From assembly GCA_016192455.1 (NCBI GenBank), contig JACPUC010000012.1:62001-126000 (forward strand): a stretch of DNA of 64,000 nt, in the 5' to 3' direction. Position 1 is the stretch's first letter, and each line of letters opens with the position of its first letter. Below the pieces are notes generated by a model. It did no database searches, was not told where the DNA came from, and saw nothing but the letters and a program-made list of their open reading frames with translations. Both the position numbers and the translations under genes were made by a program. The stretch is from Candidatus Tectimicrobiota bacterium. GTDB taxonomy: Bacteria > JACPUC01. This document shows, in pieces, positions 22,272-32,405 of this stretch.

Positions 22272-22709
22272 TTACGAGGCGGAACGCAGGTGCCGCCGGA
22301 TGATCTGTTCCATCTCGGGGGGCAGGGGTACTTCATCGCCGAGGGTGCCGTCGCGCCTCCGGCAGACGCACTTCACGTAGCCCGACGCCAGCGTCTCGCC
22401 CCCCCGCTTGATCTGGAAGTGGTTCGTGAAGCGGCTGCCGTCGAGGTCGGAGTAGGCGCTGTGCACCTCGAGCAGATCATCGTAGACGGCGGGGCTGCGG
22501 TAGCGGCACTCCGACTCCAGCTTCGAGATCGTGGCGTTGTACTTCGCCTTCAAGTCCTTGTACGACCACGGCGACGCGCGGAACATCTCCTCCTCCGCCT
22601 GCTCCAGGTACTTGAAGTAGTTCGCGTAGTAGATGATCTGCGCGGAGTCGCAGTCCTCCCAGCGGACACGCCGTTGAAACAGAAACTCGCCCATGGCGGG
22701 GATCTCCAT
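22272..22709 (-). CDS. Acyl-CoA thioesterase (4HBT/YbgC hotdog fold)
   Basis: RVRWEDCDSAQIIYYANY, YRSPAVYDD; start may instead be 22694. Confidence 0.85.
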   Translation of the reverse strand: MEIPAMGEFLFQRRVRWEDCDSAQIIYYANYFKYLEQAEEEMFRASPWSYKDLKAKYNATISKLESECRYRSPAVYDDLLEVHSAYSDLDGSRFTNHFQIKRGGETLASGYVKCVCRRRDGTLGDEVPLPPEMEQIIRRHLRSAS

Positions 22710-22920
22710 CTCTGCCGCCGGTCGGGTGGCCGCGCCGCCGCAGTCCCGAGTCCTTCGGGTCATCAACTAGGAATTTCCTATACTATGCCATTCCCGCTGG
22801 AGCCACAAGCCTGGCTGGGCGTGCGCCTCGCACCCGACGCGCCGCTGCGCTATACTCTCCTCGCGAAAGAACGACCTGGCGAACGGCCTTGGCGGTACGA
22901 GGCGCGATGAGGAAGGTTCG

Positions 22921-23882
22921 ATGGCGCGCTACATCACTGAAGCGCAAGTGCGGCAGCTTGTGGATATGCGGGTCGCCCTGGCGACCGTTGAACGCGTCTT
23001 CGCCGAGCTTGGCACCGGCGCGGCGGAGAACGTTCCCCGCCAGCGCCTCTACCTGCCCCGCGGCACCATGCACCACATGATGGCCGCCTGCCGAGCCTGT
23101 CGGTGATGGGTCACAAGGTCTACACCACTTACCCGGAAGGCTCGCGCTTCCATCTCTTCCTCTACCACACGGAGACTGGGGATCTCCTCGCCATCATCGA
23201 GGCGAGCTGGCACGGCCTGCTGCGCACCGGGGCCGCCACGGGGGTGGCCACGAAGTATCTGGCGCGCAGGGACGCGCGGAGCGTCGGCATCATCGGTTCG
23301 GGCGCCCACGCGCGGACGCAGCTCGAAGCGGTCTGCGCCGTGCGCCCCATCCGTCGCGCCCACGTTTACAGTCCCACGCCCGAGCACCGGCGGCGCTTTG
23401 CCGCGGAGATGGCGGCAAGCCTCGACATTGAGGTGGCGGCCGTGGAGTCGGCTCAGGAAGCCGTCGGCGGCATGGACATCGTCATCACCGCAACGAAGTC
23501 GCCGGCGCCGGTGCTGCGGGGTGACTGGCTGGAGCCGGGGGCGCACCTCAATGCCATGGGATCGAACTCCTTGTTGCGGCGCGAGCTCGACCCGCTGAGC
23601 GTCGAGCGCGCCACCCTCATCGTCGCCGACTCCGTGGAGCAGCTTCGCCTCGAGGGGGGTGACCTGCTCGCCAGCATTGTTTCGGGCAAGCTGCGCTGGG
23701 GACAGATCGTGCCGTTGGGGAGCATCGTGGCGGCTCGCCACCCTGGACGCCAGGCGGAGAGCGACATCACCCTCTTCAAGTCCTCCGGCCTCGGCGCGCA
23801 GGATGTGGCCCTGGGCGCCGTGATCTACCAGCGCGCCGTGGAACGCGGTGTTGGCGCGGAGCTGCCGGAATCTGCACGGTGA
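22921..23882 (+). pseudogene. Ornithine cyclodeaminase/mu-crystallin family protein, split by a 1-nt frameshift near 23088
   Basis: ORFs 22921-23106 and 23103-23882 join into one ~320-aa protein (RTGAA, IIGSG, FKSSGLGAQD) if one C is added. Could be a sequencing error. Confidence 0.8.
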
Positions 23883-24023
23883 GCATCCGCTCACTTGCCC
23901 CGTACTGCTTTGTATGAGCCCAGGAGGGCGAGATTCATCCGTTTTCTCGCCAGAGTTCGTGATGAAGGCGGTGTTTTTCCTCTAGTCGCCGCCTTCCGAC
24001 GGCAAACCCGGAAGAACGTTGTA

Positions 24024-24719
24024 ATGACCCACCGCCAGCCCAAATTGCTCCTCTTCGACATCGACGGCACCCTCATCCTCAGCGGCGGCGCCGGCGGGGC
24101 GGCGCTCAACCGCGCCTGCGAGGAAATCCTCGGCGTGCAGAACGCCATGGCCGCCGTCAACCCCGGAGGCATGACCGACGGCGCCATCGTTCGCCGGATC
24201 ATCACGACCGTCCTTGGGCGGCCGCCCGAGGACGGTGAGATCGAATGCATCCTGCGGCGCTACCTCGAGCACCTGCCGCGCAGCCTCGACGGCTCGACGC
24301 GCTTCCGCCTCCTGCCGGGGTTCCCTCGCCTCCTCGATGCCCTGGGGGAACGGCCTGACATCGTGCTGGGGCTTGGCACCGGCAACCTCGCGGAGGGAGC
24401 CCGCATCAAGCTCGAGTTCGCCGGCCTCTTCCACTACTTTCGCTTCGGCGGCTTCGGGTCGGACGCCGAGGACCGCGCCGAGCTGTTGCGCCGCGGCATC
24501 GAGCGCGGCAAGGCGTTGAGCCCGCAGCCTGTCGCGCCGGAGCACATCTTCGTCATCGGTGACACGCCGCACGATGTCGAGAGCGGGCGGCGCGCCGGCG
24601 CGCGCACGGTGGCCGTGGCGACGGGAAGCACCTCGCGCCAGGAGCTGGCCCGCCACCAGCCGGATTACCTCTTCGACAGCTTCGCCGATGCCAAACCGTT
24701 CATGGAGCTGATGGCGTAA
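24024..24719 (+). CDS. HAD-superfamily hydrolase (phosphoglycolate phosphatase-like)
   Basis: FDIDGTL, TGN, IGDTPHD motifs. Confidence 0.9.
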   Translation: MTHRQPKLLLFDIDGTLILSGGAGGAALNRACEEILGVQNAMAAVNPGGMTDGAIVRRIITTVLGRPPEDGEIECILRRYLEHLPRSLDGSTRFRLLPGFPRLLDALGERPDIVLGLGTGNLAEGARIKLEFAGLFHYFRFGGFGSDAEDRAELLRRGIERGKALSPQPVAPEHIFVIGDTPHDVESGRRAGARTVAVATGSTSRQELARHQPDYLFDSFADAKPFMELMA

Positions 24720-25167
24720 CCGGCGTCTCCCTGGGCTTCTCCTCTCTCCTCCTCCGCTGGCCTCCTGCAAGGTCGCGGCCCGCCGCTCCCCCGGCCCTCG
24801 CGCATTCCCCGCTTCTCAAGCGGCGGGGCCCGGTGTTGCGAGCCTTGGAGGGGCCGTGTATATTGAGCCTCAGCTTCTCTCCTCCGGCGCGGGACGCGCC
24901 GCGACCGAGGTTCGGGGAAGCGCTCTGGGGGCTGCGCTCCTCCTCGCAGGCTGGGGGTCATCCACTGGCGGGGGACGAAAAGGTGGCGCCGCGCTTCTCG
25001 TCCGCTGCGGTGTGGCGGACGGCGCGTTTCCTTACCTCTCACCTGCCCTGAGCTTCCTGCTTCCGGCTCGTGCCCTCTCGGGGTTTCGGTCTTGGCGGTT
25101 GGGTGCCGCGTCGGCTGACGCTGGTCCCCCCACGTTTGATCACTCCGGTGCATAGGGAAGCCTGCTC

Positions 25168-26202
25168 ATGAGCATTCGGGTTGGAGTCAACGGCTTTGGC
25201 CGCATTGGGCGGAACTTGCTGCGAGCCTGCCATGGGCATGCCATCGAGATCGTCGGCATCAACGACCTCGCCGAACCGAAGACCCTGGCGCATCTCTTGA
25301 AGCACGACAGCAACTGCGGGCGCTATCCCGAGCCGGTGGAGGCGAGCAACGCGGGCATCAGGGTGGGACGGCAAGAAATCCCAACGTTCCGCATGGTGGA
25401 CCCGCGCGATCTCCCCTGGCGCGAGCTGGGGGCGAGCATCGTGGTGGAGTCGAGCGGCCACTTTCGCTCCCGCGAGGGAGCCGCGCAGCATTTCCAGGCG
25501 GGCGCCCGCAAGGTCATCATCTCGGCCCCGGGAAAGAACCCCGACCTCACGGTGGTCATGGGGGTGAATGAAGAGCGCTACGATGCGGCACACCATCACA
25601 TCGTCAGCAATGCCTCGTGCACCACGAACTGCCTGGCGCCGGTGGCCCTGGTGCTGCACCGCGAGTTTGGGATCGTGCACGGCTTTCTGACCACGATCCA
25701 TTCCTATACGAACGATCAGCAGCTCCTTGATTTTCCCCACAACGATCTGCGGCGCGCCCGCGCCGGCGCCATCTCGATGATTCCCACCACCACCGGGGCC
25801 GCGCGGGCGCTCGCGCAAGTGCTGCCGGAGCTGGCCGGAAAGCTTGACGGCCTGTCGGTGCGCGTGCCGACCTCGAATGTCTCGCTGATCGACCTCGTCC
25901 TGGAGGTGCAGCGGCCGGTGACGGTGGAGGAGGTGAACGGCGCCTTCCAGAAGGCGGCCGCCGGCAGCTTGAGCACCATCTTGGCCTACTGCGATGAGCC
26001 CCTCGTTTCAGTGGATTTCAACCACGATCCGCACTCGGCCATCATCGACGGCCTGAGCACCAACGTGGTGGGCGACACGCTCGTCAAGGTGCTGGCGTGG
26101 TACGACAACGAGTGGGGGTATAGCTGCCGCCTGCGCGATCTCATTGAGTACATGGTGCAGCACTCGCCGGAGCTGGCATCGGAGGATGGGGGCGGACGCT
26201 GA
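25168..26202 (+). CDS. gap: Type I glyceraldehyde-3-phosphate dehydrogenase
   Basis: GVNGFGRIGR, SNASCTTNCLAP, WYDNEWGYS. Confidence 0.97.
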   Translation: MSIRVGVNGFGRIGRNLLRACHGHAIEIVGINDLAEPKTLAHLLKHDSNCGRYPEPVEASNAGIRVGRQEIPTFRMVDPRDLPWRELGASIVVESSGHFRSREGAAQHFQAGARKVIISAPGKNPDLTVVMGVNEERYDAAHHHIVSNASCTTNCLAPVALVLHREFGIVHGFLTTIHSYTNDQQLLDFPHNDLRRARAGAISMIPTTTGAARALAQVLPELAGKLDGLSVRVPTSNVSLIDLVLEVQRPVTVEEVNGAFQKAAAGSLSTILAYCDEPLVSVDFNHDPHSAIIDGLSTNVVGDTLVKVLAWYDNEWGYSCRLRDLIEYMVQHSPELASEDGGGR

Positions 26203-26335
26203 TGGGAGGGCGGCGTTGCTCTGGCGCGGCCGCCGCGTCCCTGCGGTGCAGGGTTCTCCCCTTGCACCATGGCGGGGAAAGGCCGGCTGCGCCACATCCC
26301 TGAACCTCCCCGGCGGTTGGAGCCACGGGACCCGG

Positions 26336-27532
26336 ATGCAGTACCGAAAACGCGGCATCGACTCACTCGACCTCGCCGGCAAGCGCGTTTTCGTGCGCGC
26401 CGACCTCAACGTGCCGCTCGATGCCGAGGGCCGGATCACCGACGACACCCGCCTGCGGGCGGAGCTGCCGACGCTGCGGGCGCTCCGCCAGGCGCGGGCG
26501 CGCATCATCCTGGCCTCGCACCTCGGCCGGCCGAAAGGCAGGCGCGCCCCCTCGTTCAGCCTGCGCCCCGTCGCGGCCTACCTGCGGGAGGCGCTCGGCT
26601 GCCCTGTCGCCTTCGCAGATGACTGCGTCGGCCCGGAGGCGGAGCGCGCCGCGGCGGCCTTGCGGAAGGGTGACCTCCTGCTGCTGGAGAACCTGCGCTT
26701 CCATGCCGAGGAGGAGGCGAACGATCCCCGTTTCGCGCGGCAGCTCGCCGCCCTCGCCGAGGTCTACGTGAACGACGCCTTCGGCACGGCGCATCGGGCT
26801 CACGCTTCCACCGAGGGAATCGCGAAGCACCTGCGGCCGGCGCTGGCCGGGCCCCTCATGCAGCGGGAGCTGGAGTACGTGACGCGCGCCTTCGTGGAGC
26901 CAAAGCGCCCGGTCGTGGCGCTCCTTGGCGGCGCCAAGGTCTCCGACAAGCTCGGGCTGCTGCGCAACCTCCTCAGCCGGGTGGACAGCCTGCTCATCGG
27001 CGGCGCCATGGCGTTCACCTTCTTAGCGGCGCGGGGCGTCGGCGTGGGACGCTCGCTTGTCGAGCCGGAGAAGCTGGCGGAGGCGCGCGCCCTCCTCGAT
27101 CTCGCCGCCCACCAGGGCATAGCGATCCTCCTTCCCGAGGATGTGGCGGTGACGGAGCAGCCTTCGATCCCAGCCTCGCAGCGCACGATCGTGGCGGTCG
27201 CCGCCATCCCCGCAGAAGCCGCAGCCCTCGATATCGGCCCGGCCACCTGCCGGCTCTTTGCCGGCGTCCTGCGCGACGCCGGCACGATCATCTGGAACGG
27301 CCCGCTGGGGAAGTTCGAGACGCCACCCTTTGACCACGGCACGCTGGACATTGCCAGAGCCGTCGCCGCTTCGCCGGCGCTTTCGATTGCCGGCGGGGGC
27401 GACACCGCGAGCGCCATCCACCAGGCCGGCGTGGCTGAGCGCATCTCCTTCATCTCGACGGGGGGCGGCGCCTTCCTCGAGCTTCTGGAAGGACTGGAAT
27501 TGCCCGGCGTGGCGGCGCTCGACGACGCATAG
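26336..27532 (+). CDS. pgk: Phosphoglycerate kinase
   Basis: RADLNVP, SHLGRPKG, LENLRF, NDAFGTAHRAHAS, GGAKVSDK, STGGGA. Confidence 0.97.
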   Translation: MQYRKRGIDSLDLAGKRVFVRADLNVPLDAEGRITDDTRLRAELPTLRALRQARARIILASHLGRPKGRRAPSFSLRPVAAYLREALGCPVAFADDCVGPEAERAAAALRKGDLLLLENLRFHAEEEANDPRFARQLAALAEVYVNDAFGTAHRAHASTEGIAKHLRPALAGPLMQRELEYVTRAFVEPKRPVVALLGGAKVSDKLGLLRNLLSRVDSLLIGGAMAFTFLAARGVGVGRSLVEPEKLAEARALLDLAAHQGIAILLPEDVAVTEQPSIPASQRTIVAVAAIPAEAAALDIGPATCRLFAGVLRDAGTIIWNGPLGKFETPPFDHGTLDIARAVAASPALSIAGGGDTASAIHQAGVAERISFISTGGGAFLELLEGLELPGVAALDDA

Positions 27533-27721
27533 TCCTGTATTTCCGCGAGGGAGCCGCGCCTCCTCGCGCACCCCTCATCGTAGGGGCGGTTCGCGAACCG
27601 CCCCTCCCGCTCGCGGGGACTGGGGGTGTGGGGGAGCGAGGGTCTCCCCAATGAAATCTCCCTGCCAATAGCATGAGCAATGCACCGAATTTATCAGGGA
27701 ACTTGGGAGACGCGACACTAG
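27530..27721 (-). mobile_element. MITE-like repeat, copy 3 (inverted), carrying a REP-like palindrome
   Basis: Reverse complement starts CTAGTGTCGCGTCTCCCAAGTTCCCTGATAAAT and aligns with copies 1 and 2; the other end abuts the pgk TAG. Confidence 0.7.
27580..27605 (+). repeat. GTAG-type REP-like palindrome
   Basis: Begins GTAG; perfect 24-bp palindrome AGGGGCGGTTCGCGAACCGCCCCT at 27582-27605. Confidence 0.65.
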
Positions 27722-27842
27722 GGAGGGAGCGCCGCGCGGGCTCGCGGCACCGCGCGCGGTAGGGAGGCCAGCTCCACCTGCCGGCGAGCGGTGGGGGGAG
27801 AGATGGGGATGAGAGTGCGAGAGCCCAAGCACAGTGGGTAGG

Positions 27843-28622
27843 ATGGCGATGCGGAGACCACTCGTAGCCGGAAACTGGAAGCTGCACAAGACGGTCGCGG
27901 AATCGGTGGCGTTGGCCGAGGAACTGCTGCATCTGCTGGGGGAGGTGCGCGAAGTCGACATCCTTGTCGCGCCCACCTTCGTCGCGCTCGATGCCGTGGC
28001 GCGGGTGTTGCGGGGCACGCGCCTTGCCGTCGCGGCCCAGAACCTTTTCTGGGAGCCTGCCGGCGCCTATACTGGTGAGGTGTCGGCCCCCCTCCTCACA
28101 GCGGTGGGGTGCAGCGCGGTCATCCTAGGGCACAGCGAGCGCCGGCAGCATTTCGGCGACTCGGAGGCGCAGATCAGCCGGCGCGTGCAGGCGGCGCTGG
28201 CTTCCGGCTTGACGCCGATCGTCTGCGTGGGCGAAACCCTCGCGGAGCGACGGGCAGGGCGCACCGCCGCCATCATTGGGCAGCAGCTCGAGGGGACCCT
28301 CGGCGCCTTGACGCCGTCGGAGTTGCGCAGTATCGTGATCGCCTACGAACCGGTCTGGGCGATCGGCACCGGAGTTTCCGCCGGGCCGGCGCAGGCCCAG
28401 GAGGTTCATGCGCTCATTCGCGCCTGGGTGCGCGCGCGCGCCCCTGAGGTGAGTGCTGCTCTCCGGCTCCTTTACGGCGGCAGCGTGAAAGCCTCGAACA
28501 GCGCCGCGTTGCTGGGGGAGCCGGATATTGACGGCGCGCTGGTTGGCGGCGCCAGCCTGGACGCGCGTGAGTTCGCCGCCATCGTGCGGTCAGGAGTGCC
28601 AGCCTCGTGTACACAGCCTTGA
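27843..28622 (+). CDS. tpiA: Triosephosphate isomerase
   Basis: AGNWK, GHSERR, AYEPVWAIGTG, YGGSVK, LVGGASL. Confidence 0.97.
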   Translation: MAMRRPLVAGNWKLHKTVAESVALAEELLHLLGEVREVDILVAPTFVALDAVARVLRGTRLAVAAQNLFWEPAGAYTGEVSAPLLTAVGCSAVILGHSERRQHFGDSEAQISRRVQAALASGLTPIVCVGETLAERRAGRTAAIIGQQLEGTLGALTPSELRSIVIAYEPVWAIGTGVSAGPAQAQEVHALIRAWVRARAPEVSAALRLLYGGSVKASNSAALLGEPDIDGALVGGASLDAREFAAIVRSGVPASCTQP

Positions 28623-28999
28623 TCATCCTCCACGTCCTGGTGAGCCTTGCCCTCATCCTCATCGTGCTGCTGCAGACCGGCAAGGGGGCTGCCCTTGGGG
28701 CCATGTTCGGGGGCGGCTCCAATCAAACCATCTTCGGCAGCCGCGGCGCCGCGACCTTCCTCAGCAAGCTGACCACCGCCGCCGCGATCATCTTCATGTT
28801 GACCTCTCTCTCCCTCTCCATGCTCTATAGCCGCGCCCCCCGGACCTCCGTGATCCAGCCCGAATCATCCGAGTCCGGGCCCGCTCCCCTCGCCCCGCCG
28901 TTGACGGAGTCGCAGCCGACGCCTGGCGCTCCAGCCGGTCAGACCGGCGCGCCGCCTGGCGCTCCGACCGGCGCCCCGGCTCCGGAACCGCAGAAGTAA
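28607..28999 (+). CDS. secG: Preprotein translocase subunit SecG
   Basis: VLLQTGKGAALGAMFGGG...FGSRGAATFL; usual position after tpiA; Pro-rich tail. Confidence 0.93.
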   Translation: MYTALIILHVLVSLALILIVLLQTGKGAALGAMFGGGSNQTIFGSRGAATFLSKLTTAAAIIFMLTSLSLSMLYSRAPRTSVIQPESSESGPAPLAPPLTESQPTPGAPAGQTGAPPGAPTGAPAPEPQK

Positions 29000-29234
29000 G
29001 GCCGGCTTACTCTGCGCGCCCTCCGACGCGACGGGTAGAGAAGGGGGGAGAGGCGAGCGCGTGGTGCCGGGGCCCACCTGCGAGAGGTTCGAGCCCCCTC
29101 CCCGAAGCGCTGGAAACAATTGCTCCAAACGCTGCCGCAGGGGGCCCCTTGGTGTTGACCTGTGACCAAGGACGCCGCACGGCGCCGAGCCGCGACCGAG
29201 GTGGGATACGGGTGCGGGCGCGGAAAGGCCGCCC

Positions 29235-31394
29235 ATGATTATTAAACGGCTCCTCATCCTCACGCCGCTGGCGGTGTTCCTCTTCTTCCTCGTTTCCTTC
29301 CTCGTCGCCTCCCGAAACTTTGACCGCAAGATCAACCAGCTCATCCTCAGCTCGTCCGGGGATGCCGAGAAGCTGAACCCGGTCCTCTCCCTGGACAGCG
29401 CCTCGAGCGACATCAACGGCTTCGTCTTCAACGGCCTCGTCAAGTACAACGAGCATCAGGAGCTCGTCGGCGACCTGGCCACCGGCTGGCGTATCGAGCA
29501 GGAGAGCTGGTTCTACCTGAAGCCCGACGCGGAGCTGGCGCCGGAGGAGGCGGTGGCGCGCCTGCGGCAGGAGCTGGCGGGGGGCGGCCTCGAGGCGGCT
29601 CAGATCGTCAGCCTCGAGGTGGCGCCGAAGCGCGGCGTGCACCTGCTTGCCCGGCGGGCCGGGAAGTTCATCGAGAGCGAGCTGCGGAAGGTGGTGCCGG
29701 AGCAGCTCCTGCGGCCGGTGCATACCCTGCCGATCATGGTGGAGACCTCGCGCAAGCTGGCGGACGGCCAGCCGGCGAACGCCGCGGCGGTCATCGCGCG
29801 GCTCACCGCGGCCCTCGCCGCCCACCCAACCCTTGGCGCACAGCTCCTCGAGGTGATCCCCGACGCCTCCTATCGCTTCGAGGTCGTGGCCCTGGGCGAG
29901 GTGGGGGAGCTTCGGGCCTGGCTCGAGGCGTTCGGCGAGGAGCTGGCGGAGAAACCCGCGACCCCTGCCGCGGCGAAAAAGCCAGCCCCCCTCCTGCGCA
30001 TCGCCGCCGCCGGTCGCGAGCTCTTCGTGCACGAGCCGATCATCACCTTCTCGCTGCGCGACGACGTTCGCTGGCATGACGGCAAGCCGTTCACGGCGGA
30101 GGACGTTGAGTTCACCCTGCAGGCCATCCTGGACGAGAAGACGAACACGGTGCGCCGCCCCATGTTCGATCTGGTGAAGTCTTTCACCATCGTCGACCCG
30201 CAGACCGTGCGGGTGCGCTACAAGCGCCCCTTCTCGGCCAGTCTGCCCAACTGGAGCATGGGGATCATCCCGAAGCATCTCTTCGCGGGGCAGGACATCA
30301 ACAGCAGCCCCTACAACCGCCGCCCCATCGGCACCGGCCCGTTCAAGTTCGAGGAGTGGGTTTCAGACGAGCAGATCACCGTGGTGGCGAATCCCGACTC
30401 CTTCGAAGGCCGCCCGTACCTGGACCGCATCGCCTACCGCATCATCCCCGAGGCGCCGCTGACGGAGCTCGAGTTCATGACCAAGGGCGTCGACCTGCAC
30501 GCGCCGCAACCGCAGCAGTACGCGCGCATCTCCGCGGATGAACGCTTCCAAGTTCTGGAGCGCCTCGCCAACGGCTACACCTACATCGGCTACAACCAGA
30601 AGGTCGAGCTCTTCAAGGACGTGCGCGTGCGCCGCGCCCTCACCATGGCGATCAACCGGCAGGAGATCGTCGATTTCCTCCTCTACGGCCTGGGGGTGAT
30701 CAGCACCGGCCCCTTCCCGCCCCAGATGTGGTACGCCAATCCCGATGTGCCGCCCATCCCGTACGACCCCGCGCGGGCCAAGGCTCTGCTCGCCGAGGCG
30801 GGTTGGAGGGACAGCGACGGCGACGGCATCCTCGACAAGAACGGCAAGCGCTTCTCCTTCGTCCTCATGACGAACAACGGCAACATCGTGCGCCAGAACG
30901 TGGCGGTGCTGGTGCAGCGCGCCTTGAAAGAGATCGGCATCGAGGTGGAGATCGAGCTCTACGAGTGGTCGGTCTTCATCCGCGACAAGATCAACCCGCG
31001 CAACTTCGAGGCCTGCGTCCTCGGCTGGTCGCTGAGCCTCGACCCCGACGTCTACGAGCTCTGGCACTCGAGCCAGATCGAGAAGGGGTTCAACTTCATC
31101 GCGTACAGCAACCCGGAGGTGGACCGCCTCCTGGAACTGGGCCGCACGACCTACGACCAGGGGGAGCAGGAGAAGGTCTACCGCCGCATCCACCAGCTCA
31201 TCTACGACGACCAGCCCTACACCTTCCTCTTCGTCGCCAAGGCCACCCCGGCCCTGCACCGCGATGAGTTTCGCATCCGCCGCCAGGTCGACCACCAGGT
31301 CATCACCGAGCCGATCCGGATGACCGAGGTCGGCCTTCTCTACTACCTGACAAAATGGTATCGTGCGCGCTACGGAGCCATGCTGGCGCAGTAG
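29235..31394 (+). CDS. Peptide/nickel ABC substrate-binding protein (family 5) with ~180-aa insertion
   Basis: LRDDVRWHDGKPFTAEDV, PIGTGPF, DSDGDGILDKNG; N-terminal TM anchor; 719 aa. Confidence 0.9.
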   Translation: MIIKRLLILTPLAVFLFFLVSFLVASRNFDRKINQLILSSSGDAEKLNPVLSLDSASSDINGFVFNGLVKYNEHQELVGDLATGWRIEQESWFYLKPDAELAPEEAVARLRQELAGGGLEAAQIVSLEVAPKRGVHLLARRAGKFIESELRKVVPEQLLRPVHTLPIMVETSRKLADGQPANAAAVIARLTAALAAHPTLGAQLLEVIPDASYRFEVVALGEVGELRAWLEAFGEELAEKPATPAAAKKPAPLLRIAAAGRELFVHEPIITFSLRDDVRWHDGKPFTAEDVEFTLQAILDEKTNTVRRPMFDLVKSFTIVDPQTVRVRYKRPFSASLPNWSMGIIPKHLFAGQDINSSPYNRRPIGTGPFKFEEWVSDEQITVVANPDSFEGRPYLDRIAYRIIPEAPLTELEFMTKGVDLHAPQPQQYARISADERFQVLERLANGYTYIGYNQKVELFKDVRVRRALTMAINRQEIVDFLLYGLGVISTGPFPPQMWYANPDVPPIPYDPARAKALLAEAGWRDSDGDGILDKNGKRFSFVLMTNNGNIVRQNVAVLVQRALKEIGIEVEIELYEWSVFIRDKINPRNFEACVLGWSLSLDPDVYELWHSSQIEKGFNFIAYSNPEVDRLLELGRTTYDQGEQEKVYRRIHQLIYDDQPYTFLFVAKATPALHRDEFRIRRQVDHQVITEPIRMTEVGLLYYLTKWYRARYGAMLAQ

Positions 31395-31436
31395 CGGCGC
31401 GCTCTCCCGAGGCTGCCGCGGTCGGAGCGCTCGACC

Positions 31437-32396
31437 ATGTCCTCGTACCTCATCCGGCGCATTCTGCAAAGCATCCCGGTGCTCATCGGCATTACGGTGC
31501 TGTCGTTCGCCATGGTGCACATTGCGCCGGGCTCACCAATGGGGCAGTACCTGGACCCGAAGGTCCCCCAGAAGGTGGTGGAGCAGTGGGAGAAGAACTT
31601 CCACCTCGACAAGCCGCTCCACGTGCAGTACTGGCACTGGCTGCGCGACTTCGTGAGCGGCGACCTGAAGAGCTTCAAGGACGGCCAACCGGTCATCACC
31701 AAGATCCTTCAGCGCCTGCCGGCCACCATCCTGCTCAACGTCGTCGCCACCATCATCATCTTCTCCCTCGCCATCCCACTCGGCGTCTTCTCTGCCACAC
31801 GCCAGTACTCCGCCGCCGACCACATCTTCACGTTCTTCGCTTTCTTGGGCATCTCGCTGCCGAGTTTCTGGATCGCCTACATGCTCATCCTCCTCGTCGT
31901 GCAGGGGTTCGGTCTGCCGGTGCTGGGAGCCCGCACCTTCGGCCTCGTCGAGCTCGCCCCCATGGCGGGCTTAGCCGACCGTCTCTGGCACCTCGTGCTG
32001 CCGGCGACGATCGCGGCGATCACCGGTATCGCCAGCCTGTCACGCTACATGCGCGGCAGCATGCTGGAGGTGAACCGGCAGGACTACATCCGCACCGCCC
32101 AGGCCAAGGGCCTCTCCGAGCAGGACGTGCGCTACCGCCACGCCATGCGCAACGCCCTCCTCCCCATCGTGACGATCTTCGGCTTCCTCATCCCCAGCCT
32201 CATCGGCGGCTCCGTCATCATCGAGTCGATCTTCGCCTGGCCGGGCATCGGCCGCCTGGGCTACCAGGCCGTCCTGTCGCGCGACTACCCGGTCATCATG
32301 ACCCTCAACACCATCTCCGCCGTCCTCGTGCTGGCGGGCAACCTGGTCGCGGATGTCCTCTACGCCTGGGTCGATCCGCGCATCCAGTACCGATAA
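31437..32396 (+). CDS. Peptide ABC permease (OppB/DppB-like)
   Basis: DYIRTAQAKGL, HAMRNAL, FAWPGIG. Confidence 0.93.
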   Translation: MSSYLIRRILQSIPVLIGITVLSFAMVHIAPGSPMGQYLDPKVPQKVVEQWEKNFHLDKPLHVQYWHWLRDFVSGDLKSFKDGQPVITKILQRLPATILLNVVATIIIFSLAIPLGVFSATRQYSAADHIFTFFAFLGISLPSFWIAYMLILLVVQGFGLPVLGARTFGLVELAPMAGLADRLWHLVLPATIAAITGIASLSRYMRGSMLEVNRQDYIRTAQAKGLSEQDVRYRHAMRNALLPIVTIFGFLIPSLIGGSVIIESIFAWPGIGRLGYQAVLSRDYPVIMTLNTISAVLVLAGNLVADVLYAWVDPRIQYR

Positions 32397-32405
32397 GGGA
32401 GTCCA

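Noticed and set aside
23104-23106. TGA in the cyclodeaminase gene as a second selenocysteine codon
   Set aside because: Homology continues in a different frame, so this is a frameshift and not read-through.
29040-29105. tRNA-like GGTTCGAGCCC downstream of secG, a position where tRNA-Leu is common
   Set aside because: The T-stem is mismatched, no D or anticodon arms can be folded, the span is too short and there is no CCA. At most a remnant.
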